In this document: positions 8,551-17,386 of the stretch, piece after piece
How the letters are laid out: the number at the start of each line of letters is the position of its first letter
How positions within the stretch are numbered: the stretch's first letter is position 1
Assembly: GCA_035632035.1 (NCBI GenBank)
Contig: DASQHP010000037.1
Span: 1 to 57,866, forward strand
Direction of reading: 5' to 3'
Origin: Thermoplasmata archaeon
Lineage (GTDB): Archaea > Thermoplasmatota > Thermoplasmata > Lutacidiplasmatales > UBA184
Length of the DNA stretch: 57,866 bases
The notes under the pieces: generated by a model
Told to the model about the DNA's origin: nothing
Seen by the model: only the letters and a program-made list of their open reading frames with translations
Databases searched by the model: none
Position numbers and translations under genes: made by a program

Positions 8551-9590
8551 GGCCCCTGACGCGGGCTCGCCTGGCCATCGCTCCTCGATCCGCAGCCCCG
8601 GGCGATCGACGGTCCGTCGCGGAACTCGCCCTTCGCCGCGGGTACGTCCGACTGGTCCTCAACGAGGACGACCCGATGCCGGAGGCCCCCGACCTCGCGG
8701 TCTATCGGCGCATGCCCACCGAGCTGCGACGCGTCCAGGGCGACGGTCCCGTGCGGGTCCCGCTACTCCGCGTCGTTCACCCCGCCGACATCGACCGCGC
8801 GCTCCTGGAGGGCGGGGGAGCGGGTGCCGTCGCCGTCGAATGGCCGTCGGACCGGATCATCCCGCTTGAGAACCTCATCGCTCGGTCGGCCGGCCGGTTC
8901 GAGGTTTGGGCGATCATCGAGGGCGCGCGGGACGTATCCGGAACACTGGGGGCTCTCGAACGTGGCGCCACGGTGGTGGTGGTCGGGGTAGACAGCCCGG
9001 CCGATCTCGACCGCATCGAGCCCTGGCTGGAGGGCGTGCCGGAGGTCGAACTCGCATGGGAAGCGGTGGCAGTGGTCCGTGTCGAACCGGCGGGCATCGG
9101 GGACCGGGTTCTGGTCGACACCACCTCCCTCCTTCGTCCGGAGGAAGGGATGCTGGTGGGAAGCGTGGCGGCCTTCCTCGTGCACGTGGGGAGCGAGGCG
9201 CGAGGGTCCCGGTTTTCTCGAGCCCGCCCGTTCCGGGTCAACGCTGGGGCCGCGCATTCGTACATCCTCATGGCCGACGGGACCACGCGGTACCTCTCCG
9301 AGCTAGCCGCGGGTGACCGCGTGCTCGTCACGAGCCCCCACGGCACCCCCCGCGGGGTCCGGGTCGGGCGGGTGAAGGTCGAACGTCGGCCGATGGTCCT
9401 CATCGAGGTCGAGCGGAGAGAGAAACGGTACACGGTCTTTCTCCAGGAGGCGGAGACCGTCCGCCTCTCCACCGATTCGGGGCCGGTTCCGACGACCTCC
9501 GTTGGCCCTGGCGCACGAGTACTCGGGGTTCCCCTTGCCCCGGCTCGCCACCTGGGTTGGACCGTCGACGAGACGATCGAGGAGCGGTGA
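8547..9590 (+). CDS. aroB': 3-dehydroquinate synthase II (archaeal type)
   Basis: The GTG at 8547 overlaps the aroA' stop (GTGA). Diagnostic strings are VDTTSLLRPEEGMLVGSVAAFLVHVGSE, RPFRVNAGAAHSYILMADGTTRYLSELAAGDRV and VGRVKVERRPMVLIE. Confidence 0.85.
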   Translation: MRPLTRARLAIAPRSAAPGDRRSVAELALRRGYVRLVLNEDDPMPEAPDLAVYRRMPTELRRVQGDGPVRVPLLRVVHPADIDRALLEGGGAGAVAVEWPSDRIIPLENLIARSAGRFEVWAIIEGARDVSGTLGALERGATVVVVGVDSPADLDRIEPWLEGVPEVELAWEAVAVVRVEPAGIGDRVLVDTTSLLRPEEGMLVGSVAAFLVHVGSEARGSRFSRARPFRVNAGAAHSYILMADGTTRYLSELAAGDRVLVTSPHGTPRGVRVGRVKVERRPMVLIEVERREKRYTVFLQEAETVRLSTDSGPVPTTSVGPGARVLGVPLAPARHLGWTVDETIEER

Positions 9591-11068
9591 TCGGCCCGGC
9601 TCGCACGCTGATCATCGCCACGGCCGAGGGGCGCGAGCCCGATGCCGTACGTTCCGAGATCGAGCGCGCCGCATCGCTCGGTGCCGACGTCGTCGAGGTG
9701 CGATTCGACCGGTGGGGCCGCTCCGACTGGGCCCGGATGGGCGGGCTGTTCCCTTCGCCGATCCCTCTGCTTGCCACTCTCCGTTCTCGCACGGAGGGAG
9801 GAGAAGGACCCGACGACAGCTCCGAGCGCGCCGCGTGGCGACATCTCGTCCGGGAGCAGCCCTTCGCGTACATCGACCGCGAATGGAATCGCGACCCCAG
9901 CCTGGCGGACGAAGCGAAACCTCGTCCGGACCTCGTGGAGGTGAACTCCATCCACGAATCCGCGGGTGCCGACTCGGTCCTCGCCCTGGCGCATCTCGCC
10001 GAGCTGAGCGGGATGAAGGGGATCGCAAAGGTGGTTTTCGCCGCCTCGGTCGACGAGGTGTTGGGTCGGCTGGTTCCCCATTTGCCCGCGGCGCCCAGCG
10101 GAGGATACGTCGTTCACACCACCGGTCCTTCCGGATCGTTGCTCCGGGCCTGGTCGCGGCGGCTGGGGATGGCCGCAGTCTTCTCCACGGGCTCCGGTGT
10201 AGGCGTCGAGCCCAGCCAGTTGCCCCTCGACCGCATCGTACCGTTCCTGCAGGCCCCTCCCGACGCTCCGATCTTCGCCGTCGTTGGACGACCGATCCTG
10301 CACAGCCTCTCGCCGGCGCTCCACCACCGGTGGATGCGGGCGCTGGGCCACGTGGGCCTGTACATCACTCTCGAGATCGGCGATGAGGGGGAGTTCCACC
10401 GCTCCGCCCGGATTCTCTTTGAGCGAGGGTTCCGCGGGCTCAACGTCACCCACCCGCTCAAAGCATCCGCCCTGGGAGTGGCCGACTCAATCGGAGAATC
10501 GGCCCGAGAGTGCGGATGCGCCAACATGCTCACATTCACGGGTGGACGGATCGAGGCGGAGAACACCGACCTGCTCGCGATCTCCCTCCGCTTCGAGGAA
10601 CTCGAGCGGAGCGGCGATTGGGACGGCACCGAAGTGCTTGTGGTGGGAAGCGGTGGCGCAGCCTGCGCCGCGCTCGCGGCGGCCCGGGAACGCGGGACTC
10701 GGGCGATCGTCCTCGCCCGTTCTCCAGCCCGGGCCGGAGCCGTGGCCGCCGAGTTCGGAGCGGGCCTGGCGGATGATTCGGCCCCTCGCGTCGCGGGGCT
10801 CGTTGTCCACTGTACACCCGCCGGGCACCCGGAGGCGGGCGATCTTGCCGTCCCGCTTCGGCCGTGGGTCGGCCATGAAACCTACGTCCTCGATTTCGTG
10901 TATGGGACCGCGGCGACCGGGGTCGCCGACCTGGCCCGGGCGGCGGGTGGGAGGTACGAGGACGGGATCCGGCTACTCGCCTACGGAGCGGCGGCCAGCT
11001 ACGGTCGATGGTGGAACTGCACAATCCCTCATTCCCTTGTCCGTGACGCGGCGGAGGGAGAGGCGTGA
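9587..11068 (+). CDS. aroDE: Bifunctional 3-dehydroquinate dehydratase (type I) / shikimate 5-dehydrogenase
   Basis: ORF 9557..11068. I prefer the GTG at 9587, which forms a GTGA overlap with the aroB' stop. The N-terminal half is AroD-like. The C-terminal half has FAVVGRPILHSLSPALHHRWM...GLNVTHPLK and VVGSGGAACAA (AroE Rossmann fold). Confidence 0.8.
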   Translation: MIGPARTLIIATAEGREPDAVRSEIERAASLGADVVEVRFDRWGRSDWARMGGLFPSPIPLLATLRSRTEGGEGPDDSSERAAWRHLVREQPFAYIDREWNRDPSLADEAKPRPDLVEVNSIHESAGADSVLALAHLAELSGMKGIAKVVFAASVDEVLGRLVPHLPAAPSGGYVVHTTGPSGSLLRAWSRRLGMAAVFSTGSGVGVEPSQLPLDRIVPFLQAPPDAPIFAVVGRPILHSLSPALHHRWMRALGHVGLYITLEIGDEGEFHRSARILFERGFRGLNVTHPLKASALGVADSIGESARECGCANMLTFTGGRIEAENTDLLAISLRFEELERSGDWDGTEVLVVGSGGAACAALAAARERGTRAIVLARSPARAGAVAAEFGAGLADDSAPRVAGLVVHCTPAGHPEAGDLAVPLRPWVGHETYVLDFVYGTAATGVADLARAAGGRYEDGIRLLAYGAAASYGRWWNCTIPHSLVRDAAEGEA

Positions 11069-11922
11069 AGGGCGAGGGCGTCGCGAACGGGGGCATTTCG
11101 TTCCTGAACGCCCTCTTCACCGGGGTCGGGGCGACCGCCGGGATCGAGCTTCGCGTCCGAGCCTGGGCAACGTCCGGGACGGGGCGAGGCGTTGAAATGG
11201 AAGGCTCTGCCGACACCCCCATCGCCCGTTCGATGGTGGAGCGGGCGTCCGAGCTATGGCACGCCGGAACGGAGGTACGAATTCGGGCAGGTGTCGAATC
11301 GGAGATTCCCCCTCGTCGGGGACTCAAAAGCTCCTCCGCGGTGTGCTGCGCCCTCGGACGGGCGGTCGCTCGCCTGTTCTCGTCCAGCGCGGCTCCCAGC
11401 GATATCGCCGAGGTCGCGGCGTCGGTCGCCCTTGCCACGGGCCAAAGCGCGACCGGCGCGTACGACGATTGCCGGGCGGCGCTCGAACCCGGGATCCATG
11501 TGACCGACAATTCCCTACGCCGGGAGCTCCGAGTGCTGCCGACCGACCCGGACTGGGTCGTGACGCTCCTGGTGCCCCCCGGGACGCACCCAAGCTCCCC
11601 CGAGTTCGCCCGGCGCTTATCCGCGCACCGGCGGGCCGCGCGCCGCGTCGTCGAACTGCTGGAATCGGATCGAGCCCTCGAGGCAATGGAGCGCAACTCA
11701 GAGCTTGTCGAGAGGTCCATGGGATACCCCTATGCCGGATTGCGCGAGCGGCTGCGGGAGGCCGGCGCCCTCGCTAGCGGGGTAAGTGGTTTGGGACCCG
11801 CTCTCGCCGTCATCAGCACGCAAGAGCGCTCGGAGGCGGTGCGCACAGTGCTGCGGGGGGAGACTGGCGCCCTCATCGACACGCGGTTCACGACAGGGTC
11901 GAGCGGAGCGGACTCGCGATGA
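11065..11922 (+). CDS. aroK: Shikimate kinase, archaeal GHMP-kinase type
   Basis: GTGA overlap at 11065. GHMP motif PPRRGLKSSSAVCCAL. The gene lies between aroE and the EPSP synthase. Confidence 0.75.
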   Translation: MKGEGVANGGISFLNALFTGVGATAGIELRVRAWATSGTGRGVEMEGSADTPIARSMVERASELWHAGTEVRIRAGVESEIPPRRGLKSSSAVCCALGRAVARLFSSSAAPSDIAEVAASVALATGQSATGAYDDCRAALEPGIHVTDNSLRRELRVLPTDPDWVVTLLVPPGTHPSSPEFARRLSAHRRAARRVVELLESDRALEAMERNSELVERSMGYPYAGLRERLREAGALASGVSGLGPALAVISTQERSEAVRTVLRGETGALIDTRFTTGSSGADSR

Positions 11923-13199
11923 CCGCGTCGATCGTCGAGCTCCATGTCGGGAGCGCGAGCGGGCGATTGGTTGCGCCGCCCTCCAAGAGCTACACGCATC
12001 GGGCCTTGATGCTCGCTCACCAGGCGCGTCGCCCCTACGTGATCGACCACCCGCTCCGGGCGGACGACACCGTCGCGACGCGGAATGGAATCGCCAAACT
12101 GGGTCACCTCGTCCGGGCCGGGCCGGACCGGTGGCTCGTCACCCCGCGTCTCCTGCGCCGGGGCCGACGGGGTCTCGTGATCGACTGCCGCGGGTCCGGT
12201 ACGACCCTGCGCTTCCTTCTCGCCGCCGCTGCGGCGCTCCCGAGTGCGACGCGGTTCCGCGGAGACGAGTCACTGGCTCGGCGCCCTCTCGCCGGCCTCG
12301 AAGACTCCCTCCGCGAGAATGGCGCGCGGATCATCCATGCTGATCGGCGAACGCTTCCCTTGACCATATCCGGGCCGATCCGGGCCGGCGCGTTCCACGT
12401 TGATGGGACCCGGAGCTCGCAATTCTCCTCCTCCCTGCTGTTGACCCTCCCGTTCCTCACCGGAGACTCCTCCCTCGAGATCGAGGGGCCGCTGGTCTCG
12501 GGCATCTATCTCGAAGCCACCGCCGCGATCCTCGCGCACCACGGCATCCGGCTGCGTCGAGAAGGCGGGAGCTGGAAGGTACCCGGCGATCAGTCGGTCC
12601 GCCGACGGGGATTCACCATTCCCGGAGACTGGTCATCCGCGGCGTACTGGGCCGTGGCCGCGGCGGTGACCGGCGGGAAGGTCCGCATTGATGGGGTGTC
12701 TCGCCGGTGGCCGCAAGCGGACAGTCGGATCCTCGACATCCTCAGCGGTGCCGGTGTGCACGTGTTGCAGCGGAGCACCTGGGTCGAGGTCGAGGGCAGG
12801 CCGGCGACTGGCTTCGACGTCGATCTCACTTCGAGCCCTGACCTCTATCCACTCCTCGCCGCGGCCGCCTGCACGATTCCCGAGGAGTCGCGGCTGCGGG
12901 GAGCGCCACAACTCGTCCACAAGGAATCGGACCGGATCGCCGAGACCCGGCGCATGCTCACGGCCGCCGGCGCGTCGTTCCGAATGGGGAGACGAGGGCT
13001 TCTCATACGGGGGCAGCGTCGGATCCGGCCGTTCGGTCGGATCCAGTTCTTCGACCATCGCATGGTGATGGCCGCGGCTGTGGCTTCGCTCGCCGCCGGC
13101 GGCCCCAGCCGCATCGGAGACTTCGAGGCGGTCCGCAAGTCCTTCCCGGGATTCTGGAGTGGCCTGAGGCACCTTGGTGTGGAGGTCCGCTTACGATGA
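11919..13199 (+). CDS. aroA: 3-phosphoshikimate 1-carboxyvinyltransferase (EPSP synthase)
   Basis: ATGA overlap at 11919. 426 aa, with PPSKSYTHRALMLA, GSGTTLRFL and KESDRIAE motifs. Confidence 0.85.
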   Translation: MTASIVELHVGSASGRLVAPPSKSYTHRALMLAHQARRPYVIDHPLRADDTVATRNGIAKLGHLVRAGPDRWLVTPRLLRRGRRGLVIDCRGSGTTLRFLLAAAAALPSATRFRGDESLARRPLAGLEDSLRENGARIIHADRRTLPLTISGPIRAGAFHVDGTRSSQFSSSLLLTLPFLTGDSSLEIEGPLVSGIYLEATAAILAHHGIRLRREGGSWKVPGDQSVRRRGFTIPGDWSSAAYWAVAAAVTGGKVRIDGVSRRWPQADSRILDILSGAGVHVLQRSTWVEVEGRPATGFDVDLTSSPDLYPLLAAAACTIPEESRLRGAPQLVHKESDRIAETRRMLTAAGASFRMGRRGLLIRGQRRIRPFGRIQFFDHRMVMAAAVASLAAGGPSRIGDFEAVRKSFPGFWSGLRHLGVEVRLR

Positions 13200-14281
13200 T
13201 GAGGTGGGGAAGCCGGTTCCGGATCACGCTGTTCGGGTCGAGCCACGGCCCTGAGGTCGGGGTCGAGATCGACGGCATCCCACGGGGGACGCCCATCGAT
13301 ACCGACCGAATCCAACGGGAACTGGACCGCCGGCGGCCGGTCGGACACCGCCTGGCCACCCGTCGACAGGAGCCGGACCACCTCGTTGTCGATGGCGGGG
13401 TGGAGCGAGGAGCCGCGAGCGGGGACTTGTTCCGCGCCCATGTCGCGAATGAGGATGTGCAGCGGGCGCCGTACACCCGGATCGCGACCATCCCGAGACC
13501 GGGTCATGCCGACTTCCCGGCGCGGACCCGGTACGGAGCCTCCGCCGACCTCTCCGGCGGAGGGATCTTCTCCGGTCGAATGACCGTGGGGCTCGTCATC
13601 GCGGGCACGATCGCCCGCTCTCTCTGGGAATCCCGGGGCGCCGCGTTCATCGCGTTTACCCGGTCCATCGGGGACGTCGATGCGACGGTGCCCGACTCGC
13701 AGGGCATGCCCGAACTCCGTGCCGCCGTGGAAGGCTCCGAGATAGCCTGCCCGGACCCGGCGGCATCGTCGCGGATGGTGGAGCGGATCGAGTCCGCGCG
13801 CCGGGAAGGGGATAGCCTGGGCGGCGTAGTCGAATGTCGGGTGACCGGCCTGCCCGTGGGAGTGGGCGAACCGTTCTTCGGGTCCGTGGAGTCCACGATC
13901 TCCGACCTCGCATTTTCGGTGCCCGCCGTGAAGGCGATCGAGTTCGGGGCGGGGTTTGGGGTCGCGCGCCTGCGCGGGAGCGAGAACAACGACCCGTTCG
14001 TGGTCGTCGACCGCCGAATTTCGACCTCCACGAATCGGGCGGGCGGAGTGCTCGGGGGTCTCACGGTCGGCACGCCGCTGGTGTTCCGCGTCGCCGTGAA
14101 ACCGACGTCGTCCATCGCTCGAGAGCAGAGGTCCGTTGACCTCACCACGCTCGAACCGACCACGCTCGTCGTGACCGGCCGTCACGATCCCTGCATCGTT
14201 CCGCGCGCGGTTCCCGTCATCGAGGCCGTGTCGGCGATCGCCCTCACCGAGCTGGGACTTGTTGGAGGGTTCCTTCCATGA
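13196..14281 (+). CDS. aroC: Chorismate synthase
   Basis: ATGA overlap at 13196. Contains FGSSHGPEVGVEIDGIPRG, RPGHADF, GGGIFSGRMT and GRHDPCIVPRAVPV. Confidence 0.9.
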   Translation: MMRWGSRFRITLFGSSHGPEVGVEIDGIPRGTPIDTDRIQRELDRRRPVGHRLATRRQEPDHLVVDGGVERGAASGDLFRAHVANEDVQRAPYTRIATIPRPGHADFPARTRYGASADLSGGGIFSGRMTVGLVIAGTIARSLWESRGAAFIAFTRSIGDVDATVPDSQGMPELRAAVEGSEIACPDPAASSRMVERIESARREGDSLGGVVECRVTGLPVGVGEPFFGSVESTISDLAFSVPAVKAIEFGAGFGVARLRGSENNDPFVVVDRRISTSTNRAGGVLGGLTVGTPLVFRVAVKPTSSIAREQRSVDLTTLEPTTLVVTGRHDPCIVPRAVPVIEAVSAIALTELGLVGGFLP

Positions 14282-15360
14282 CCGAGCGGATCCCGTGCGC
14301 CGTGCTCGGCGCGACCGGGTACATCGGCCAGCATTTCGTCCGCATGCTGAGCGAGCATCCGTGGTTCGATCTCATCGCCGTCACCTCCTCCGGCCGGACC
14401 TCGGGAGCCCGGTTGAACGACGTATGGAACCTCCCGGGGGCGTCGCCCGGGAGCGCGGCCCGACTTCGTTTATCCCCCACGTCTCCCGCCGCGCTCGCCC
14501 GAGCCGGCGTCCAGGTCGCGTTCAGCGCGCTCCCTCGGGAGATCGCCGCCCCCGCGGAGCCGGAGTGCCGACGTCGCAGGGTCTCGGTGTTCACGAACGC
14601 GTCGGCTCATCGCCGGGACCCGGACGTTCCGTTGATCGTTCCCGAGGTGAATCCCGGCCACCTCGCCGTTCTCGGCCGCCAACCCCGGGCCGGCGGGATC
14701 CTCGTCGCGAATCCGAACTGTACGGCGACCGGCCTTGTGGTCGCCCTCAAACCGGTCATCGATCTGCTGGCCCCCCGCTCCATCCACGTGACGACGTACC
14801 AGGCGCTCTCGGGCGCGGGGTTCCCCGGACTCGCCTCGTTGTCGGCGCTGGACAATGTCGTTCCCTACATTTTCGGGGAGGAGGAGAAGGTAGAGAGTGA
14901 ATCGCAGATCATACTCGGCGGACGGGGTGCGCGGACCCACCGACCCCGGAAGATTCCCATCCTCGCCAATTGCGCCCGCGTGCCGGTTCGCGACGGGCAC
15001 CTCGAGGCGGTGACCGTGGAAGCCGGCCGACGGCCACTCCTCCGACAGATACGGGATGCCTGGTCCGGGTTCGATCCCCTCCGGCCGCTCGGACTCCCGA
15101 CGGCCCCCCACCCTCCGGTCGTGGTCCGGCCGGAAGCGGACCGACCCCAGCCGCTGATGGATCGATGGGAGGGGAGCTCGGAGCGCAGCCGCGGCATGAC
15201 CATCGTCGTGGGCCGCATCCGCTGGGAGCCGCCGTTCCTCCGGTTCTTCCTCCTTTCCCACAACGCGGTCCGGGGGGGAGCCGGTGGATCGATCCTGAAC
15301 GCGGAACTCGCACGAGAGCGTGGGCTGCTAACGGGAACCCGGGGAGGTCGAGACTCCTGA
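14278..15360 (+). CDS. asd: Aspartate-semialdehyde dehydrogenase
   Basis: ATGA overlap at 14278. Contains VLGATGYIGQ (NAD(P) binding) and NPNCTATGLV (active-site Cys). 360 aa. Confidence 0.85.
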   Translation: MTERIPCAVLGATGYIGQHFVRMLSEHPWFDLIAVTSSGRTSGARLNDVWNLPGASPGSAARLRLSPTSPAALARAGVQVAFSALPREIAAPAEPECRRRRVSVFTNASAHRRDPDVPLIVPEVNPGHLAVLGRQPRAGGILVANPNCTATGLVVALKPVIDLLAPRSIHVTTYQALSGAGFPGLASLSALDNVVPYIFGEEEKVESESQIILGGRGARTHRPRKIPILANCARVPVRDGHLEAVTVEAGRRPLLRQIRDAWSGFDPLRPLGLPTAPHPPVVVRPEADRPQPLMDRWEGSSERSRGMTIVVGRIRWEPPFLRFFLLSHNAVRGGAGGSILNAELARERGLLTGTRGGRDS

Positions 15361-16733
15361 CACGGGCGCCGGTCGTCGTCAAGTTCGGGGGAGGCGCCCT
15401 CGACGAACCGCGGCGCGTCGAACGATACGTTCGACGACTTCAGGCCCAGGGTGCTCCCGTCGTGGTCGTGGTATCGGCCCGCGCGGGGGTCACCGATCGT
15501 CTTCAATCGGAAGCCGAAGCCCGCCGCCCTCGATCCACTGCCCGGTTGGACCGATGGCTGCGCGACCGGCACACTGGACTCGGGGACCAGGGGACGGTCG
15601 AACGCCGAATCGTTCGTGATCTTCTCGACGGGACGCGCGGGCCCCTGACCGGCGAAGACCGAGAACTTCTCCTGAGCCAGGGAGAGCGGCTCGCCGCGCG
15701 TTGGCTCGCCGAGCGACTGGACCGCGCCGGCATCCCCGCCACGGCCCTAGAATCCGACCGGATCGGGCTGCGCGCGGAGTCAGGCCGCGGAGGGGCTCGC
15801 GTGCTGCTTTCGGAATCGCGGACGGACGTGGGCACCGCGCTCCGCCGCGCCATCTCCGCGGGAATCGCTCCCGTGGTAACGGGCTACATTGGACGGTCCC
15901 GTTCGGGGAAGGTGACCACGCTCGGTCGTGGGGGTTCGGATTACTCGGCGGTCGCGATCGGGGTGATCTTGGGAGCGAATCGGGTGGAGCTCGTCAAGCG
16001 CCGATGGGCCGTCTCGACGGCCGACCCGCGGATCGTCGGAAACGCCCAGCGGATCTCTCGCCTCTCGTACGCCGACGCGCGCACCCTCGCCGAGTCCGGT
16101 GCCTCCGTGCTCCACCCGAGGTCCATCGCTCCCGCGCAACGGGCTGGGTTGACCATCCGGGTGGTCGCGTTGCGGCACCCACGGACGATCACGGAGATCG
16201 GCGCAGGGAACCGAACGGCCGGACGAACCTGCATCGCCCGCTCCGGCCCGATGGCGGAGTTCAGGGTCCGGTCGGACCGGCGGGTCCGCAAGGGCGATCG
16301 CCGGTGGATCCGGGTCGCGTTGGGCCGGGCCGGCATTCGAGCGAATCTGTGGCCGGATGAGAGGGAGGTCATTCCGGTCCTGGTCGAGTGGGAGGTGCGC
16401 CAGAGCGCCCGCGTCGCACTTCAAGTCGCGGATCGGAAGATCGGACGACCTAGTCGCCGGTGCGTCGTGACGGCGCTCGGCGAGCCTCCCGGCAGCGTCG
16501 GTCTCCGACGTCACGTCGCGGTCGTGAGCCGATACCCATGGTGGAGCCCCCGGCCGGGTCTTCTACGTATTCGGGTCCCCGACGCCGTCGCCGTGGCCAC
16601 GGTCCGGGGGGTTCACCGACACCTGACCGCACGATTGGCCCCTCGATTGCCGGGACCGACGACTTCAAGCCCCGAGCGCCTGCTCCCTCGACCGTCCTCG
16701 GGCGTGGGTGGCCCCGGACGGGATCCCGTATGA
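15357..16733 (+). CDS. lysC: Aspartate kinase (start codon uncertain; see finding)
   Basis: The frame of ORF 14970..16733 is used. The kinase signature VVVKFGGGAL begins only a few codons after the asd stop. ACT-like regions lie at the C-terminus. The only start-like codon adjacent to the asd stop is CTG at 15357 (CTGA overlap). The nearest canonical in-frame ATG is about 190 nt upstream, inside asd. Confidence 0.7.
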   Translation: MTRAPVVVKFGGGALDEPRRVERYVRRLQAQGAPVVVVVSARAGVTDRLQSEAEARRPRSTARLDRWLRDRHTGLGDQGTVERRIVRDLLDGTRGPLTGEDRELLLSQGERLAARWLAERLDRAGIPATALESDRIGLRAESGRGGARVLLSESRTDVGTALRRAISAGIAPVVTGYIGRSRSGKVTTLGRGGSDYSAVAIGVILGANRVELVKRRWAVSTADPRIVGNAQRISRLSYADARTLAESGASVLHPRSIAPAQRAGLTIRVVALRHPRTITEIGAGNRTAGRTCIARSGPMAEFRVRSDRRVRKGDRRWIRVALGRAGIRANLWPDEREVIPVLVEWEVRQSARVALQVADRKIGRPSRRCVVTALGEPPGSVGLRRHVAVVSRYPWWSPRPGLLRIRVPDAVAVATVRGVHRHLTARLAPRLPGPTTSSPERLLPRPSSGVGGPGRDPV

Positions 16734-17377
16734 AGACGTTCGTCAAGTTCACCGGCCTTACCTCCGTCGAGGCCGTCGCGGCCGTGCCGGGGGGCGGAGC
16801 GGCGGGGTTCGTGGTGCAGGTCCCGGGCTCGGCCCGGAACCTTCCCCTCGACGCCGTGCCACCGCTGATCGACGGTCTCACAAAGGACGCGGAAGCCTGG
16901 GCTGTCACGGTGGACCCTTCGGCGGAACTGATCCACCGGCTCTTCGACGAGACCGGAGTGGATCGCATCCAGGTCTACGGGAAGATCCCGGCCGACCTGG
17001 AGTTTCTGGAGATCCATCACATCGTGCCGTCCCTGACTCTTCCCCCGGCCGGTACCACGGGACCGGAGCCTGCCATCCCTCCGGCCGAGGACTATTCGCG
17101 GCTCCACCTGGACGCCGCGGGCGACCCGCTCGCCTCCGGCAGTTCGACCCGGGGCGACTGGGAGATGGCTTCGCGGATCGTGGAGGGCCAACCGGGGAGA
17201 AAGGTGATCCTGGCCGGCGGGATCGGACCCGACACCCTCGCGGAAGTCCTCTCATCGGTCCGTCCCTGGGGTCTCGACGTGGCCCTCGGGCCGGGGGCCG
17301 GCAATTCGGCCGAGGACGCCCGTCGGATCCGCGAGTTCTTGGCGGCGGTCGAGCAGTTCGAGAAGGACCATCCCTAG
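16730..17377 (+). CDS. Phosphoribosylanthranilate isomerase (TrpF)-like TIM-barrel protein, divergent
   Basis: ORF 16460..17377, trimmed to ATG at 16730 (ATGA overlap with the aspartokinase stop). MKTFVKFTGLTSVEAV resembles the TrpF opening (KiCGit), and HLDA...ILAGGIGPDTL...GLDVA are TrpF-like. No other trp genes are in the window. Confidence 0.55.
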   Translation: MKTFVKFTGLTSVEAVAAVPGGGAAGFVVQVPGSARNLPLDAVPPLIDGLTKDAEAWAVTVDPSAELIHRLFDETGVDRIQVYGKIPADLEFLEIHHIVPSLTLPPAGTTGPEPAIPPAEDYSRLHLDAAGDPLASGSSTRGDWEMASRIVEGQPGRKVILAGGIGPDTLAEVLSSVRPWGLDVALGPGAGNSAEDARRIREFLAAVEQFEKDHP

Positions 17378-17386
17378 CGGGTAGCG

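Noticed and set aside
8777-10453. Long antisense ORFs listed in the track. Examples are 558 aa at 8777..10453 (-), 394 aa at 10536..11720 (-), 446 aa at 12845..14185 (-), 597 aa at 20163..21956 (+), 421 aa at 25517..26782 (-), 449 aa at 26943..28292 (-), 476 aa at 36604..38034 (+) and 411 aa at 43301..44536 (-).
   Set aside because: Each lies opposite a gene with clear family motifs. Their translations are Arg/Gly/Pro/Asp-rich with no recognisable motifs, which is the classic shadow-frame artefact of high-GC DNA where stop codons are rare.
13190-13205. GATGATGA at the EPSP synthase / chorismate synthase junction, which resembles a C-box
   Set aside because: It is the ATGA stop/start overlap, followed by an in-frame ATG, inside coding sequence. 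No matching D box or guide context is present.
14970-15356. N-terminal 129-codon extension of the aspartokinase ORF
   Set aside because: It lies entirely inside asd in another frame and is Pro/Gly/Arg-rich. The kinase KFGG motif starts right after the asd stop, so the real start must be at or near 15357.
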